A program made the position numbers and the translations under genes. Below are positions 1 to 7,749 of a DNA stretch of 9,592 nt, piece by piece (position 1 is the stretch's first letter; each line of letters opens with the position of its first letter). The notes below the pieces were generated by a model, which worked only from the letters and a program-made list of their open reading frames with translations, did not search any database and was not told where the DNA came from. This DNA comes from an uncultured Opitutales bacterium (lineage in GTDB: Bacteria; Verrucomicrobiota; Verrucomicrobiia; Opitutales; Intestinicryptomonadaceae): positions 1 to 9,592 of the forward strand of contig CAKUIA010000027.1 of NCBI GenBank assembly GCA_934660865.1, written 5' to 3'.

Positions 1-201
1 AGCTTGGAGGAAATAAAAAGCAAGGCAAAGCCCAAAAAAGGACCGTCTTTTATGGAAAAACTGCAGAAGATGGCCGAAGAGGGGCAAAGAATCCGCCAAG
101 AGCAGGAAAGAACGGGCAAAAAACCCTCCATATTCAACAATGCCGCCGCCCACGAAAGGAAGAAAAACCCCGGCGGCAGAAGCACTCCGCCTAAAAGGTA
201 A
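1..201 (+). CDS. 3' end of an upstream gene, open to the left window edge. It has a lysine/arginine/glutamine-rich low-complexity C-terminal tail. It may be the basic tail of a YidC-type membrane insertase, but this is tentative.
   Basis: The frame is open from nt 1 (agc ttg gag ...) to TAA at 199-201, so the TTG at nt 4 in the ORF track is probably not a real start. The tail ...KPKKGPSFMEKLQKMAEEGQRIRQEQ...KKNPGGRSTPPKR resembles, from memory, the basic C-termini of YidC in some lineages. No catalytic or core region is visible. Confidence 0.4.
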   Translation, partial: SLEEIKSKAKPKKGPSFMEKLQKMAEEGQRIRQEQERTGKKPSIFNNAAAHERKKNPGGRSTPPKR

Positions 202-258
202 AAATTTTATCTTGAGCTTTTAAACAAAATAATAGACAATAGGGAAAATTTATCGGAT

Positions 259-1386
259 ATGAAATTTAAAGTTAACAAAGAGCATTTCGCCACGGGCTTA
301 AGGCAGGTGGCGTCGGTTGTGGGCTCTAAACCCCCTATGACCGTATTGAACAATGTTTTGATTAAAGCCGAGGGCAATTCGGTGGTTCTTGCCACTACAA
401 ATATCGACTTGGGCATACGCTGCTCGATTAAGGCCGATGTTGAAGAACCAGGCGACATTACATTGCCCGTAAAGAAACTTTCGCAGATTGTAAACGCAGT
501 TCCCAGTCAGGAAATTTCGGTTGAATCTACCGACGGTCAAAACGCGAAAATAAAGTCGGGCAGGGCCGATTTTAAACTTCCGGGCCTTAGGGCGGGCGAA
601 TTTCCCGCGCTGCCGAGCTTTGTAGACAAACATTCCTACGACTTGGGTCCGCAGGAGCTGGCGTCTATGCTAAAATCGGTTTCGTATGCGCAAAGCACCG
701 ACGAAAACAGATACATATTAAACAGCGTATATTTCAATTTTTCAGACTCGAAGCTTACTTTGGTTGCAACCGACGGCAAAAGGTTGGCGTTGGTATCCAG
801 AGATATGAATGTTGCCCCCGAAGACGAAGGCAGCATAATCCTTCCCGCAAAGACCGTTGCCGAGGTGGAAAAACTGCTTTCGCAGGGCAAGAGCGTAAAA
901 ATTTCGTTTAACGACAGGCAGGTTGCTTTCGACATTGCCGTAAACGACGAAGTTGCCGAAAAGGGCTTGGTGGGCAATATCTACCTTGTTTCGAAGATTG
1001 TAGAGGGCATGTACCCGAACTACAAACAGGTTATCCCCAAAGAAGCCGAGCACAGAATAAAGCTGGACAGGGAGCTTATGCTTGAAACGGTTTCGCGCGT
1101 GGCCATTGTTGCAAGCGACAAGCAAAACGCAGTAAGGCTTAAGATGACCAAAAATTGCCTTGAAGTTTCCGGTCAAAGCGCCGATTACGGCGAATCCAGA
1201 GAGCCTCTCGACATCGAGTACGACGGCCCCGAAATCAAGATAAGCTTTAATCCCGACTTTTTGCTTAGCCCCCTTAAGAACCTTACAAAAGACGAAGTTT
1301 ATTTCGAATTTAAAGACGAAATGAGCCAGGGCGTATTCAAAACGCTCGACAACTTTGTCTGCGTTGTAATGCCTCTTAGAATATAA
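259..1386 (+). CDS. dnaN: DNA polymerase III beta subunit (sliding clamp)
   Basis: 375-aa ORF of canonical clamp length. The N-terminus [54 protein letters not shown] matches the clamp pattern. Internal ...[11 protein letters not shown]... and [14 protein letters not shown] motifs are present, and the C-terminus ...VCVVMPLRI is of the MPMRL type. Confidence 0.95.
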   Translation: MKFKVNKEHFATGLRQVASVVGSKPPMTVLNNVLIKAEGNSVVLATTNIDLGIRCSIKADVEEPGDITLPVKKLSQIVNAVPSQEISVESTDGQNAKIKSGRADFKLPGLRAGEFPALPSFVDKHSYDLGPQELASMLKSVSYAQSTDENRYILNSVYFNFSDSKLTLVATDGKRLALVSRDMNVAPEDEGSIILPAKTVAEVEKLLSQGKSVKISFNDRQVAFDIAVNDEVAEKGLVGNIYLVSKIVEGMYPNYKQVIPKEAEHRIKLDRELMLETVSRVAIVASDKQNAVRLKMTKNCLEVSGQSADYGESREPLDIEYDGPEIKISFNPDFLLSPLKNLTKDEVYFEFKDEMSQGVFKTLDNFVCVVMPLRI

Positions 1387-1408
1387 TATAGGGCTTTGTT
1401 TTTTTGTT

Positions 1409-1446
1409 CGGCGCGGGCAAAGGCAACTTTGGCCGCGCTGTTTTTT
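1409..1446 (+). terminator. Rho-independent terminator downstream of dnaN
   Basis: Hairpin hand-paired as 1409-1416 with 1433-1440 (8 bp including one G-U), a G/G mismatch at 1417/1432, and 1418-1422 with 1427-1431 (5 bp). The loop is GCAA (1423-1426, GNRA type). TTTTTT follows immediately at 1441-1446. It starts 23 nt after the dnaN stop. Confidence 0.7.
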
Positions 1447-1516
1447 ATAAAAAGATTTTGCCTTAGAAGGAAAGATTTTCTGCCTTTCCGCGCTTTTTAC
1501 CCTTTCTCCCCAAAAA

Positions 1517-2719
1517 ATGTTCGAAAACTTTTCACGCAAGCTAAAAAAGAAAGCCGACCAGTTCGCAAAAGGTACGGTAGACGTTGTATACGACAGGCGG
1601 CACGACTTTGCGGCACGCGTTTACGCGGTGTTTTTAAAGGCGCTTTCCTATATATTTTCGGCGGTGGTATATTTGCGCTATTTTATGTACAACAAGCGCA
1701 TATTGCGCGACGCGCCTCTTGGGTGCCTTGTTGTTATTGTGGGCAACCTAACAGTTGGCGGCACAGGCAAAACCCCCGTTGTGGAAAAGTTTGCAAGAGA
1801 ACTTGCAAGCCGCGGGCGAAAAGTTGCAATTTTAAGCCGCGGCTACAAGAGCAAGTCGGACTCGATGTTCGCAAAATTCAAAAAGTGGCTAACCCACGGC
1901 GAGGCCTCGAAACCCAAAGTTGTTTCGGACGGCAAGAACATTCTGCTAAACTCGCTTGTTGCGGGCGACGAGCCCTATATGTTGGCAAAAAACCTGCCCA
2001 ACGTTATGGTTATTGTCGACAAAAACAGGGTAAAGGCGGGGCACTATGCAATAAAGGAGTTGGGCGCCGACACCCTTATTTTAGACGACGGCTTTCAATA
2101 CCTGCCTCTAAAGGGGCAGCTTCAGCTTTTGCTGGTAGACAAAACAAATCCGTTCGGCAACAAGTCGCTTTTGCCCAGAGGCATTTTGCGCGAGCCGGTA
2201 AGCCATCTAAACAGGGCCTCTTACATATTTTTGACAAAGTCGGACGGCAGGCGCGACTTGCAGCTTGAAGAATTTATCCGCAAATACAATCCGCACGCCG
2301 AAATTATAGAGTGCGCGCACACGATACAGTTTCTTACCGATTTTTCGCTTAACCAAAGAGCCGAATTGGACATATTAAAGGGCAAAAAAATAGCCTGTTT
2401 TTGCGGCATAGCAATGCCCGACAGTTTCGAAAAATTCATGCTAAAATGCGGCGCCGAAATTATATACAGGGAGCATTTTATGGACCACCACCGCTTCAGC
2501 TTTTCGGAGTTGGACGACTTTTTCGACGCCGCCGAAAAGGAGGGGGCGCAAATGGTTGTAACAACCGAAAAAGACGCGGTAAGAATAGAGGGCGGCTACA
2601 AACCCAAATTGCCGTTTTACTATACGAGACTGGAAATAGATATTCTTTCGGGCGACAAAGACTTTAAAAACGCCGTTGAAAGAATATGTTTTAAGGAAAG
2701 ACCCATTCATATAAAATAG
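1517..2719 (+). CDS. lpxK: Tetraacyldisaccharide 4'-kinase (lipid A biosynthesis)
   Basis: 400-aa ORF. An N-terminal hydrophobic helix is followed by the P-loop [16 protein letters not shown]. The motifs ILSRGY, AGDEP, DDGFQY and TTEKDAVR parallel E. coli LpxK (VVVVGNLTAGGNGKTP, VVSRGY, AGDEP, DDGLQH, TEKDAVK). The exact start is uncertain because the N-terminus is about 25 aa longer than in E. coli. Confidence 0.9.
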   Translation: MFENFSRKLKKKADQFAKGTVDVVYDRRHDFAARVYAVFLKALSYIFSAVVYLRYFMYNKRILRDAPLGCLVVIVGNLTVGGTGKTPVVEKFARELASRGRKVAILSRGYKSKSDSMFAKFKKWLTHGEASKPKVVSDGKNILLNSLVAGDEPYMLAKNLPNVMVIVDKNRVKAGHYAIKELGADTLILDDGFQYLPLKGQLQLLLVDKTNPFGNKSLLPRGILREPVSHLNRASYIFLTKSDGRRDLQLEEFIRKYNPHAEIIECAHTIQFLTDFSLNQRAELDILKGKKIACFCGIAMPDSFEKFMLKCGAEIIYREHFMDHHRFSFSELDDFFDAAEKEGAQMVVTTEKDAVRIEGGYKPKLPFYYTRLEIDILSGDKDFKNAVERICFKERPIHIK

Positions 2720-2745
2720 GGCATTTGCAACTTTTATGCAGGCAC

Positions 2746-2785
2746 AAAAAAACCGTCCGGGAATTTTCCGGACGGTTTTTGTTTT
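2746..2785. terminator. Bidirectional Rho-independent terminator shared by convergent lpxK (+) and glgC (-)
   Basis: Perfect 8-bp GC-rich stem CCGTCCGG (2753-2760) pairing with CCGGACGG (2768-2775). It is flanked by A7 (2746-2752) upstream and T5-G-T4 (2776-2785) downstream, so a U-tract follows the hairpin on either strand. It sits between the lpxK stop (2717-2719) and the glgC stop (2797-2799). Confidence 0.8.
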
Positions 2786-2796
2786 AAAAGGCTTTG

Positions 2797-4074
2797 CTAT
2801 ATAACCGTGCCGCTGGGCACAACCGCAAACTTGTTTACAAGCAAAATGCCGTTTTTAACGTATATTTCGCCCTGTTCCCAGCCTTCGGGTTTGCCTTCGG
2901 GCGAAAGGACAACATTGTCGCCAATGCGGGCGTTTTTGTCTATAATGGCGTTTTTAATTTTGCAGTTTTTGCCCAAACCAAGCTTGGGGGTGTTTTCGTC
3001 CAAACAAAGCTTTTTTTCGGCTCCGTCTTCGTAGTAGTCCGAACCCATCATAATCACGTTTTCAAGCTCGCAATTTTCCCTTATAACCGAGCGCAAACCT
3101 ATAACGCAGCGCTTTAGTTTAGAGTTCTTTATAACGCAGCCGTCGGATACGTTAACGCGGTCTAGCTGGCTGGAATATACCTTGCTGCCGGGCAGATAGC
3201 GCGAGTGCGAATAAATAATTGCGTCCTGCTTGTAAAAGTCGAAGGGCGGGTTGTCGTCGGTAAGGGCCAGGTTTGCTTCAAAGAAGGCCCTTACGGTTCC
3301 GATATCTTCCCAATAGCCGTCGAATATATACGAAAACAGCTTTTTGTTTTTGAGCATTCCGGGGATAATTTCCTTGCCGAAATCCATTTCCTTGCCGCTC
3401 ATGGCTTCAACCATAACCTTGTAGGAAAATACGTATATGCCCATCGAAGCCAGGCAGTAGTCTTTGCTCGGGTCGCTTATTTGGCTTTTAAGTTTGTCGC
3501 TTATTAGCAGCGAATCTATAACTTTTGGGTCTTTGGGCTTTTCTACAAACTCGGTAATGCGAAGGTCGTCGGCAACGCGCATAATGCCGAGCTCGCCTGC
3601 CTCTTCGCGCGGCATGGGCTTGCTTGCAATGGTAACGTCGGCGCCGCTTTTTTTGTGCTGCTCTATAAGCTTGCGGAAATCCATTTGGTAAAGCTGGTCG
3701 CCCGACAATATAAGGAAATAGTCGTTGTCGTCGTGCTTGCCGAAGTGGTTCATATTTTGACGCACCGCGTCGGCCGTTCCCTGGTACCAGTTGCCGCCGC
3801 TTTCGGTTTGTTCGGCCGCCAAAATGTCTACAAAGCCGCCGCCGAACGGGTCAAACTTATAGCTTTGCTGAATGTGCTTGTGCAAAGACGCAGTGTTAAA
3901 CTGGCTTAAAAGATATATTTGGTTGCAACCCGAATTTATGCAGTTGCTTATCGGTATATCGACTAACCTGTACTTGCCGGCCAACGGAACTGCGGGTTTG
4001 CATCTATATTTTGTGAGGGGATATAGGCGCGTGCCTCTACCGCCACCCATGATAATGCTTATAATTTTATTCAT
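2797..4074 (-). CDS. glgC: Glucose-1-phosphate adenylyltransferase (ADP-glucose pyrophosphorylase)
   Basis: 425-aa ORF. The N-terminus IIMGGGRGTRLYPLTKYRCKPAVPLAGKYRLVDIPISNCINSG carries the GGxGxRL and KPAV..G.YR.ID signatures. WYQGTADAV is present (E. coli has WYRGTADAV). The C-terminal third has left-handed beta-helix-like hexapeptide periodicity (GCVIKNSKLKRCVIGLRSVIRENCELENVIMMG). Confidence 0.95.
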   Translation of the reverse strand: MNKIISIIMGGGRGTRLYPLTKYRCKPAVPLAGKYRLVDIPISNCINSGCNQIYLLSQFNTASLHKHIQQSYKFDPFGGGFVDILAAEQTESGGNWYQGTADAVRQNMNHFGKHDDNDYFLILSGDQLYQMDFRKLIEQHKKSGADVTIASKPMPREEAGELGIMRVADDLRITEFVEKPKDPKVIDSLLISDKLKSQISDPSKDYCLASMGIYVFSYKVMVEAMSGKEMDFGKEIIPGMLKNKKLFSYIFDGYWEDIGTVRAFFEANLALTDDNPPFDFYKQDAIIYSHSRYLPGSKVYSSQLDRVNVSDGCVIKNSKLKRCVIGLRSVIRENCELENVIMMGSDYYEDGAEKKLCLDENTPKLGLGKNCKIKNAIIDKNARIGDNVVLSPEGKPEGWEQGEIYVKNGILLVNKFAVVPSGTVI

Positions 4075-4256
4075 ATTTTCAGACTTTAATAAATCGGTTA
4101 TTTATTACGATGGCATAATATGCTTTTCTTTGTAAAAAACCAAGATTTTTTTTCGAGGAACAAAGATAAGTAGGTTATTGTCATATAAGTAAACAAAAAA
4201 GAAACAGTGCCGATAGCAAAAAGGCAAAATAAAAATAAACAATAAGGCGAAAAATT
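4075..4256. promoter_or_regulatory. AT-rich divergent intergenic region, presumed to hold the glgC (-) and moxR-operon (+) promoters
   Basis: 182 bp between two divergent start codons, markedly more AT-rich than the flanks, with A/T tracts. A weak SD-like AAGG (4244-4247) lies 9 nt before the moxR ATG. I could not identify convincing -35/-10 hexamers, so only the region is called. Confidence 0.4.
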
Positions 4257-5240
4257 ATGGACTTGGCTCAATTAAACGAAACCGTTAAAAAAAGTTCGGA
4301 ATGGACGGCCCTGCTTAGAAACGAAATGCGCAAAGTTTTGGTGGGGCAGTCGTATTTGGTAGACAGGCTGTTGGTGGGTTTGTTGGCAAACGGGCATATT
4401 CTGCTTGAAGGCGTGCCCGGCTTGGCGAAAACGCTTGCCGTAAAGACGATGGCTTCGGCAATTTCGGGCAATTTTAGCCGAATACAGTTTACCCCCGACC
4501 TGCTTCCCGCCGACATTGTGGGAACTTTGATTTACAACCAGCAAAAGGGCGAATTTATAACGCAAAAAGGCCCCGTATTTGCCAACATAGTTCTTGCCGA
4601 CGAAATAAACCGCGCACCCGCAAAGGTTCAAAGCGCTTTGCTTGAGGCCATGCAGGAGCGCCAGGTTACAATAGGCGGCGAAAGCTTTGTTTTGCCCAAG
4701 CCGTTTTTGGTGCTGGCAACGCAAAACCCCATAGACCAGGAGGGCACATACCAGTTGCCCGAAGCCCAGGTAGACAGGTTTATGCTAAAGCTTAAAGTGG
4801 GCTATCCGACCAAAGAGGAGGAAAGAATGATTTTAGACCTTATGGCAAAAACCAAGTCGGATATTTCGGTAAATGCCGTTATAAACCCCGAGCAGATTAT
4901 GGCCGCCAGAGAGGTTGTAGACCAAATTTATATGGACGACAAAATCAAGGAATACATTATAAACCTTGTTTTTGCCACGCGCAAACCCTCCGATTATGCC
5001 CTTAAACTAGACAATATGATACAGTTTGGCGCGTCGCCCAGAGCCACAATAGCCATTGCGCTGGCCGCAAAGGCGCAGGCCTACCTAAATGCCCGCGCCT
5101 ACGTAACCCCGCAGGACATAAAAGACATCGCCTGCGACGTTCTCCGCCACAGAATTATTGTAAGCTACGAAGCCGAAGCCGAAAACGTTTCGTCGGAAGA
5201 CATTATTTGCAAGATTCTAGACACGGTAAAAGTTCCCTAA
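4257..5240 (+). CDS. MoxR-family AAA+ ATPase (AAA_3 type)
   Basis: 327-aa ORF. Walker A is GVPGLAKT (4410-4433) and Walker B is IVLADEINRA (Asp at 4599-4601). The motifs KVQSALLEAMQERQVTIGG, VLATQNP and C-terminal FGASPRA are typical of MoxR. It is followed by DUF58 and VWA genes, the canonical MoxR neighbourhood. Confidence 0.93.
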   Translation: MDLAQLNETVKKSSEWTALLRNEMRKVLVGQSYLVDRLLVGLLANGHILLEGVPGLAKTLAVKTMASAISGNFSRIQFTPDLLPADIVGTLIYNQQKGEFITQKGPVFANIVLADEINRAPAKVQSALLEAMQERQVTIGGESFVLPKPFLVLATQNPIDQEGTYQLPEAQVDRFMLKLKVGYPTKEEERMILDLMAKTKSDISVNAVINPEQIMAAREVVDQIYMDDKIKEYIINLVFATRKPSDYALKLDNMIQFGASPRATIAIALAAKAQAYLNARAYVTPQDIKDIACDVLRHRIIVSYEAEAENVSSEDIICKILDTVKVP

Positions 5241-5248
5241 TTTTTTGC

Positions 5249-5255
5249 GAGGAGG
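5249..5255 (+). promoter_or_regulatory. Shine-Dalgarno site for the DUF58 gene
   Basis: GAGGAGG lies 9 nt upstream of the ATG at 5265. This is the only gene junction in the operon that is not a 4-nt overlap. Confidence 0.6.
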
Positions 5256-5264
5256 CATAGTTTT

Positions 5265-6179
5265 ATGCAGGCCGGAATTTCGGATATGCTAAAAAAGGTG
5301 CGTCAGATAGAAATACGCACAAACAGGCAGGTTAGCGACGCGCTTGCGGGCGCGTACCACAGCATATTCAAGGGCAGGGGAATGGACTTTGAAGAGTCGC
5401 GCGAATATCAGGTTGGCGACGAAATCCGCAGCATAGACTGGAACGTTACCGCCCGCACCGGCAAAGCCCACGTTAAGCGCTATACCGAAGAGCGCGAGCT
5501 TACAATGATGCTTATGGTAGATTTGTCGGCAAGCGGCCTGTTCGGCAGCGCTTCGGTTTCGAAAAGGGAAAGAATGGCCGAAATTGCCAGCACGCTTGCG
5601 TTTTCTGCCGTGCGAAACGGCGACAAGGTTGGCTTGGCCCTCTTTACCGATTCCGTAGAGCTTATGATTGCCCCGAGAAAGGGGCGCAGACACATATTAA
5701 GGCTTATAAGAGACATTCTTTTTTACGAGCCCAAAAGCGCAAAAACCGATATTGCAGCCTGCATAGACGAGGTTAACCGCATAGTAAAACGCAGGGCCAT
5801 AATGGTTGTTGTAAGCGATTTTTTGCAGGGCAAAAACGGTATGCTGCCCACCGACGACAACGGCGAGGTTGTAAGGGCTTTAAGCCTTACAAACCGCAGG
5901 CACGACCTTATCTGCGCAAGCGTTTGCGACAAAAGGGAATTTGAGCTGCCCAATGTGGGCACTTTGCTTTTGGAGGATTCCGAAAGCGGAGAATGTGTGC
6001 AAATAGACACGTCCAGCGCAAAGGTGCGAAAGGCGTATTCGGACTACAACTACATAAGAAAGTCGCAGTTCGAAAGGCAGCTTGCAAAGGCCGGAGTAGA
6101 CCTGCTCGAGGTAGACACTTCCGACGACTATATCTTTAAACTTAAAAAGTTTTTCGAAACAAGAAAGAGCAAAAGATGA
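5265..6179 (+). CDS. DUF58 domain protein (VWA-like fold, MoxR partner)
   Basis: 304-aa ORF with the characteristic DUF58 block FKGRGMDFEESREYQVGDEIRSIDWNVTARTGKAHVKRYTEERE. A VWA-like beta strand with a DxSxS motif follows (MVDLSASG, 5520-5534). It sits directly after MoxR. Confidence 0.9.
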   Translation: MQAGISDMLKKVRQIEIRTNRQVSDALAGAYHSIFKGRGMDFEESREYQVGDEIRSIDWNVTARTGKAHVKRYTEERELTMMLMVDLSASGLFGSASVSKRERMAEIASTLAFSAVRNGDKVGLALFTDSVELMIAPRKGRRHILRLIRDILFYEPKSAKTDIAACIDEVNRIVKRRAIMVVVSDFLQGKNGMLPTDDNGEVVRALSLTNRRHDLICASVCDKREFELPNVGTLLLEDSESGECVQIDTSSAKVRKAYSDYNYIRKSQFERQLAKAGVDLLEVDTSDDYIFKLKKFFETRKSKR

Positions 6180-6715
6180 TTTTTATTTTTGCAGCCGCTT
6201 CGGTATTCCCCGAAATAGACGAAGGCTTCGGCAAAATAGGGCCTAGTTTTTGGCAGGCAAACTGGCAATGGGTTGTTGCGGGCCTTGTTGTTTTTGTTTT
6301 GGCTTTTATTGCAGGCTACTGTTTAAGGCCAAAGCCGAAACCGCCTACGCCCTACCAAAGGGCAATGCAAAAATTGGGCAAGCTGGGCGAAACCGAGCTT
6401 GAAGACGAGCCCTTTGCAAACGAGCTTAGCGCCATTGTAAGGGAGTTTATACAGGCGCAATACAAACTGCCGGCCCCCGAAAGAACAACGCAGGAATTTT
6501 TGAAAATAGCGTCGGCTTGCGAGAGCATTTCGCCGAAAGTAAGGGATAAATTGGCGCAGTTGCTGCAGGCTTTCGATATGGCAAAATTTGCAAAGGGCAC
6601 TTTTTCCAATACCGAAAAAAACGAGGTTTTAACATCGGCAAACGAATTTGTCGAAATGTCGAACGCAACCGATAAAAAGGAAAGTTCCGACAACAACAAA
6701 GGCTCTAAAAAATGA
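6176..6715 (+). CDS. Small single-pass membrane protein, DUF4381-like
   Basis: 179-aa ORF whose ATG overlaps the DUF58 stop (ATGA at 6176-6179). A Trp-rich segment PSFWQANWQW leads into the TM helix VVAGLVVFVLAFIAGYCL. A basic/proline stop-transfer RPKPKPPTP follows, then a helical domain with ...IVREFIQAQYKLPAPERTTQEFL.... This pattern and its position between DUF58 and BatA match what I recall of DUF4381 proteins. The assignment is from memory, not from a search. Confidence 0.6.
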   Translation: MIFIFAAASVFPEIDEGFGKIGPSFWQANWQWVVAGLVVFVLAFIAGYCLRPKPKPPTPYQRAMQKLGKLGETELEDEPFANELSAIVREFIQAQYKLPAPERTTQEFLKIASACESISPKVRDKLAQLLQAFDMAKFAKGTFSNTEKNEVLTSANEFVEMSNATDKKESSDNNKGSKK

Positions 6716-7749
6716 CATTCGAATTTGAAAGTCCGCAACTTTTATGGCTTTTGGCAGCATTGCCGCTTTTGGCGCTGCTAAGGGGGGCGCGCGCGGGCAG
6801 GGCTTCGGTTTTGTTTTCGAGCGTGGCCATTGCAAAAACCGCCGCCAAAAAAAGCAGGGGCAGCCCCGGCAAGTGGCTTTTCTTTTTAAGGCTGCTTTGT
6901 TTGGCGCTTTTAATAGTGGCCATTGCGCGCCCAAGATTGGGCAGCGGCTATAGCGAAAGGGAGGAAAGCGGCATAGACATAGTTTTGGCTTTGGACGTGT
7001 CGGGCTCTATGGCCGCGCTGGATTTTACAAAGGATTATTCGAATCCGATAACAAGGCTGGACGCCGTAAAAGAGGTTGTTGCCGACTTCGTTAAAAAACG
7101 CCCGAACGACAGGATTGGCGTTTACGTTTTCGGGGCGAACACATTTTTGCTTTCGCCGATTACGCTTTCGCACGACTGGCTTACGCAAAATCTCGAAAGG
7201 GTGCAGCTCGGCATTGTAGACGGCTCGAGAACCGCCATAGGAATGGCCATTGCAAACGGGGCCAACAAGCTTAAGGAGCTGAAAAATTCGAAGTCGAAAG
7301 TTATAATTTTGCTTACCGACGGCGAAAACAATTCGGGCAAAATTTCGCCGCTGGCCGCAGCCGAAGCCGCAGCAAGTTTGGACATAAAAATATACACCAT
7401 AATGGCGGGCAAATCGGGGGTAATTCCCTTTGCGCAGGTAGACGACAACGGTTCGCTTGTAAGGGACAGGCGCGGCCGCCCTATGTTTGCGGGCAACGTG
7501 CAAAGCTATGCAAACGACGCCGAGCTTAAAAAGATTGCCGAAATTACCCGCGGCAAATTTTACAGGGCCGAAAATTTGCGCGAGCTAAACGAAATTTATT
7601 CGAATATAGACAGGCTCGAAAAAACCAGCGTAAAGCTTAGGCATTTTACGTCGTATACCGAATTGTTCTACATATTTGCGGCCGCGGCCCTTGCCGTTTT
7701 GCTTTGCGAGCAAATTCTCGCCAACACGAAGTATAGGAGGATTCCATGA
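6712..7749 (+). CDS. batA: BatA-like von Willebrand factor A (VWA) domain membrane protein
   Basis: 345-aa ORF whose ATG overlaps the upstream stop (ATGA at 6712-6715). There are two N-terminal TM helices (LLWLLAALPLLALL and WLFFLRLLCLALLIVAIA) separated by a loop with 8 basic and no acidic residues. The VWA domain has MIDAS DVSGS (6994-7008) and LLTDGENN. A C-terminal TM (LFYIFAAAALAVLLC) is followed by KYRR. Confidence 0.85.
   Translation: MTFEFESPQLLWLLAALPLLALLRGARAGRASVLFSSVAIAKTAAKKSRGSPGKWLFFLRLLCLALLIVAIARPRLGSGYSEREESGIDIVLALDVSGSMAALDFTKDYSNPITRLDAVKEVVADFVKKRPNDRIGVYVFGANTFLLSPITLSHDWLTQNLERVQLGIVDGSRTAIGMAIANGANKLKELKNSKSKVIILLTDGENNSGKISPLAAAEAAASLDIKIYTIMAGKSGVIPFAQVDDNGSLVRDRRGRPMFAGNVQSYANDAELKKIAEITRGKFYRAENLRELNEIYSNIDRLEKTSVKLRHFTSYTELFYIFAAAALAVLLCEQILANTKYRRIP

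Noticed and set aside
4-201. Stand-alone 65-aa gene starting at TTG (nt 4)
   Set aside because: The frame is already open at nt 1 and no RBS can be assessed at the window edge. It is more parsimonious to read it as the C-terminal tail of a longer upstream gene.
202-258. Possible DnaA boxes or oriC upstream of dnaN (TTATC cores at 207-211 and 250-254)
   Set aside because: Each matches only about 5 of 9 positions of TTATCCACA. The spacer is just 57 bp and has no AT-rich unwinding-element arrangement. This is insufficient for an origin call.
742-1539. 265-aa minus-strand ORF antisense to dnaN
   Set aside because: It lies almost entirely within a high-confidence dnaN, has no recognisable domains and has odd composition (many F, K, V, N). 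It is a typical shadow ORF on the opposite strand of a real gene.
1517-1630. LpxK N-terminal extension of about 25 aa (basic, [14 protein letters not shown]) as a novel domain
   Set aside because: It could simply reflect start-codon uncertainty, since in-frame GTG codons occur downstream, or normal lineage variation before the membrane helix. It is too short and featureless to interpret.
1396-2268. 290-aa plus-strand ORF overlapping the first two thirds of lpxK in another frame
   Set aside because: The translation is Arg/Gly/Cys/Lys-rich low-complexity text with no recognisable motif. The overlapping frame carries unmistakable LpxK motifs, and the ORF starts inside the dnaN terminator region. 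It is an off-frame artefact.
6910-7503. 197-aa minus-strand ORF, plus other antisense or off-frame ORFs across batA, the DUF4381 gene, DUF58, moxR and glgC (for example 4272-4724, 5289-5693, 6352-6738, 2794-3117, 3205-3507)
   Set aside because: All are nested in or antisense to genes with strong family signatures, and none shows motifs of its own. They are consistent with stop-poor alternative frames in this composition.
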